The notes under the pieces: generated by a model
The model's input: the letters and a program-made list of their open reading frames with translations, nothing else
Told to the model about the DNA's origin: nothing
Database searches by the model: none
NCBI GenBank assembly: GCA_946965045.2
Contig: OX337236.1
Location: 1,798,001-1,862,000, forward strand
Source: Epithemia pelagica
Lineage: Eukaryota; Protista; Bacillariophyta
DNA: 64,000 bases
Direction: 5' to 3'
Translations under genes and position numbers: made by a program
In this document: positions 61,464 to 64,000 of the stretch, one piece after another
Numbering within the stretch: the stretch's first letter is position 1
How the letters are laid out: each line of letters starts with the position of its first letter

Positions 61464-64000
61464 ATGGTGATTCCATCTCAGGTGGACGGAGAGCCATGGG
61501 TCCAAAAATCCTTTTTGAAAGAGTCCGGAAAACTTCGGACAAGAGAGCGCTACTGGCATCCACTACCTGCTGATGATACAACGCTCCTAAAAGATGGAAA
61601 CCATGGCGCAACGACGACAGATTCCTGGTCCGCACAACCGGCGAGTGCGGCCCTAACCATTGCCTCACGTGATCCAAAGGATACGACCATTGTGTTGCCA
61701 GACGCGATCTGCATTCGAAAATACTTGCGCTTCTTCAAATACATGTTGACAAACCAAAAGAGTATGAAGCTGAGCTGTTTCCTTCTGGAGTCAGTTGTGG
61801 ATTGCATGGATTATCGAAACCAAGCTCCTGTCCTTCACGGCGGAGGCCAACAAAATGAAATGGCGGCTCCTCAAGAACGATCTACGTTGCAACAACTAAT
61901 GAAAGAAGGAAAATTCATTCCATTTTGCGACTTGTCGATTCGAGAAAATCAAGACAACCTTAACAGTACAGCATCCACAGATGAATGGAATTGGTTTGCC
62001 TATGAATCGCTGTCAATAGAAGAACGAAGCCGGAATGCCATGGTGCGAGCCGCCCGCGTCCTGTTGAATTCTATCCAAAGTAGTTCTGATAACAGAGCGA
62101 CGAATCCGGAACGAGCAAACCATGGTTCTGTCGTCATTTTAGTGGATGTAGAAGTTGTTTCCGATACTACCGGTTGGGGCCAGCTTCATGTGGACGAAGG
62201 TATCCAGATATTAAATTTGGACACATTCTTTCAACCCGTAATCCAATCGCTTGAATCTGCCGATCAGGAACAAGCGTCACATTTGCTGTCTATTTGTAAA
62301 ACGGAATATGATCGACGTAATGCAAACAAACTTGTGCTTGAAGATCAAGCGTCCTCGGAAGACAGTGTCCAAGAGTATTGGTCCACCGAGGCCGTTTCCA
62401 CTGGCATGAGGAAAGGTGAACTTTTGCGTGGCCGTCTGGATGTAACCAAGGAAAATTCCAAAGAAGCCTTTGTACGAGCGGATGGAAAGCACTGGTTCAT
62501 TGATATCCGTGGAGGGAACCACAACCGAGCCATTCATGAAGATGTTGTTGTTATTCAGCCATTACCTCCAGAAAAGTGGGGTAGACCAGTCGGCAAACGG
62601 CGGTTAGTTTTTAGCAAGGATAGTGACGATGATCAGGACACGTTAGTTGATAGTTTGTCCTTTCCGACGTTCCCCTCGGCCCAGATCGTGGCCATTCATT
62701 CCTTGTCTCGACGGTCCTTTGTCGCCACAATGGTGGATATACCCCTTCCCGAAGAATCCGCTGTTCTTCTGGTACCAATGGATATACGAATTCCAAAAAT
62801 ACGTGTACCTACGCGGTCTTGGCAGAAGCTTGTGGGTATGCGACTGTTGGTTCATGTTGATGAATGGCCAGTCGGATCCAATTACCCCCAAGGTCACGTT
62901 GCGGAGGTATTGGGTCCGGTTGGGGACTTGGAAAGTGAAATCAAGTGTTTACTCTGCGAAAATGAAGTTCGTTTGGATCCCTTTAGTGTGGCTGCGTCGG
63001 CTTGTCTCCCTCAGGAAGGGGCGGCGTGGACGGTGGACTCACTGGCGCAGAACGAGTTGAACCGTCGGCGTGACCTTCGAGAAACACATCAAATTTTTAG
63101 CGTAGACCCTATCGGTTGTCAGGACATTGATGACACGATGCATGCCCGGTACTTAAGCAACGGAGATGTGGAGATTGGAGTACACATTGCAGATGTGACT
63201 TGGTTTGTGCCTTTGGATTCCGCACTGGATCGCGAAGCCAGGATTCGGGGAACAACATTTTATTTGGTAGATCGAAGGTTTGACATGTTACCGGGATTGC
63301 TCAGTTCCAATCTATGTTCACTCCATGACAATACCGATCGACTGGCAGTCTCTGTTATCTGGACACTGTCTCCTGATCTCAAAACAATCAAGTCCACCTG
63401 GTTTGGTAGGACAATCATCCATAACGTTGCGGCCATGACATACGAGCAGGCGGCGAATATTCTGGAAGGAAAGAAACCAGAAAGTGACGGTCAAAAGCCC
63501 CCTCCCCCCTTGACAGCTGGGGGACCGGTCAATCCGGCTCTGATTCCTTCACTACGGGATGATCTCGCACTTCTCACCAAGCTGGCTCGAATGCGTCGTA
63601 AGGGAAGGGAAGACGTTGGTGGAGCTGTGGATCTGTCCAGTGGTGACCTTGGTGGCGAGCTCAAATTCACACTCGTGAATGGTAAACCCGTTAGTGTGAA
63701 GCCCAAGCAAGACCTGGAAATACATCACACTATTGCTGAACTTATGATTTGGGCTAATACATCAGTCGCCACCAAAATATATGAACGATTTCCTGGCTCT
63801 TCTCTTCTCCGAATTCATCGCGAAGTGGAAGAAGACCGGTTTGATGACTTGAAAGAGATGTTGACAGCGGGAAATGTCGAATTGAGAGGGAAAACCAACA
63901 TGGAATTGGCAGATACCCTGAAGAAAGCTGGACACAAAACGGTTCCTGTGGTGGCTTCTCTCTTTCGATCTCTTGCCACAAGGGCCATGTCGGAAGCTCA
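61464..64000 (+). CDS. DIS3: DIS3/Rrp44-like exosome ribonuclease (PIN-CSD-RNB), 5' partial, runs off the window
   Basis: Hand translation from ATG 61464: IVLPDAI (PIN), NRAIHEDVVVIQPLP (CSD), RIPKIRV, SVDPIGCQDIDDTMH, EIGVHIADV, RGTTFYLVDRRFDMLP, IAELMIWAN (RNB). Absent from the ORF track because it has no stop in the window. Confidence 0.92.
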   Translation, partial: MVIPSQVDGEPWVQKSFLKESGKLRTRERYWHPLPADDTTLLKDGNHGATTTDSWSAQPASAALTIASRDPKDTTIVLPDAICIRKYLRFFKYMLTNQKSMKLSCFLLESVVDCMDYRNQAPVLHGGGQQNEMAAPQERSTLQQLMKEGKFIPFCDLSIRENQDNLNSTASTDEWNWFAYESLSIEERSRNAMVRAARVLLNSIQSSSDNRATNPERANHGSVVILVDVEVVSDTTGWGQLHVDEGIQILNLDTFFQPVIQSLESADQEQASHLLSICKTEYDRRNANKLVLEDQASSEDSVQEYWSTEAVSTGMRKGELLRGRLDVTKENSKEAFVRADGKHWFIDIRGGNHNRAIHEDVVVIQPLPPEKWGRPVGKRRLVFSKDSDDDQDTLVDSLSFPTFPSAQIVAIHSLSRRSFVATMVDIPLPEESAVLLVPMDIRIPKIRVPTRSWQKLVGMRLLVHVDEWPVGSNYPQGHVAEVLGPVGDLESEIKCLLCENEVRLDPFSVAASACLPQEGAAWTVDSLAQNELNRRRDLRETHQIFSVDPIGCQDIDDTMHARYLSNGDVEIGVHIADVTWFVPLDSALDREARIRGTTFYLVDRRFDMLPGLLSSNLCSLHDNTDRLAVSVIWTLSPDLKTIKSTWFGRTIIHNVAAMTYEQAANILEGKKPESDGQKPPPPLTAGGPVNPALIPSLRDDLALLTKLARMRRKGREDVGGAVDLSSGDLGGELKFTLVNGKPVSVKPKQDLEIHHTIAELMIWANTSVATKIYERFPGSSLLRIHREVEEDRFDDLKEMLTAGNVELRGKTNMELADTLKKAGHKTVPVVASLFRSLATRAMSEA

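Noticed and set aside
126-63981. Numerous overlapping antisense or alternative-frame ORFs in the ORF track (e.g. 39445..40362, 21869..22714, 44355..45197)
   Set aside because: They are shadows of real genes on the opposite strand or frame, with no independent motifs.

Overview
Gene-dense eukaryotic DNA, most consistent with a pennate diatom: short GT-AG introns, a bipartite plastid-targeting signal, a CoDi-type copia element and diatom-like LRR and kelch genes. About 25 host genes are recognisable: LRR protein, MIC60, frataxin, two repeat-rich membrane proteins, VPS25, NECAP, two tandem PAO-like Rieske oxygenases, a glycosyltransferase-like protein, kelch, XPB, HGH1, a 1574-aa orphan, a TBC RabGAP, RPS2, cysteine synthase-like, eIF3j, an amino-acid transporter, NSE2, a MAP3K, DTD1 and DIS3-like (partial). 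There are three mobile elements. (1) A Ty1/copia gag-pol truncated by a 200-N gap. (2) A complete 7.4-kb hAT DNA transposon (53139-60566) with perfect 15-bp TIRs and an 8-bp TSD (GTTCTTGT). Besides its BED-finger transposase it carries a convergent cargo gene for an endonuclease III-like HhH-GPD DNA glycosylase, possibly fused to an unknown N-terminal domain. This is the most striking candidate novel system, and its function (anti-silencing or repair) is inference only. (3) A 605-bp MITE nested in the left end of the hAT. Both the copia gag-pol and the hAT transposase are interrupted by a single in-frame TGA followed by CAA. Intron boundaries were worked out by hand; no database searches were run.
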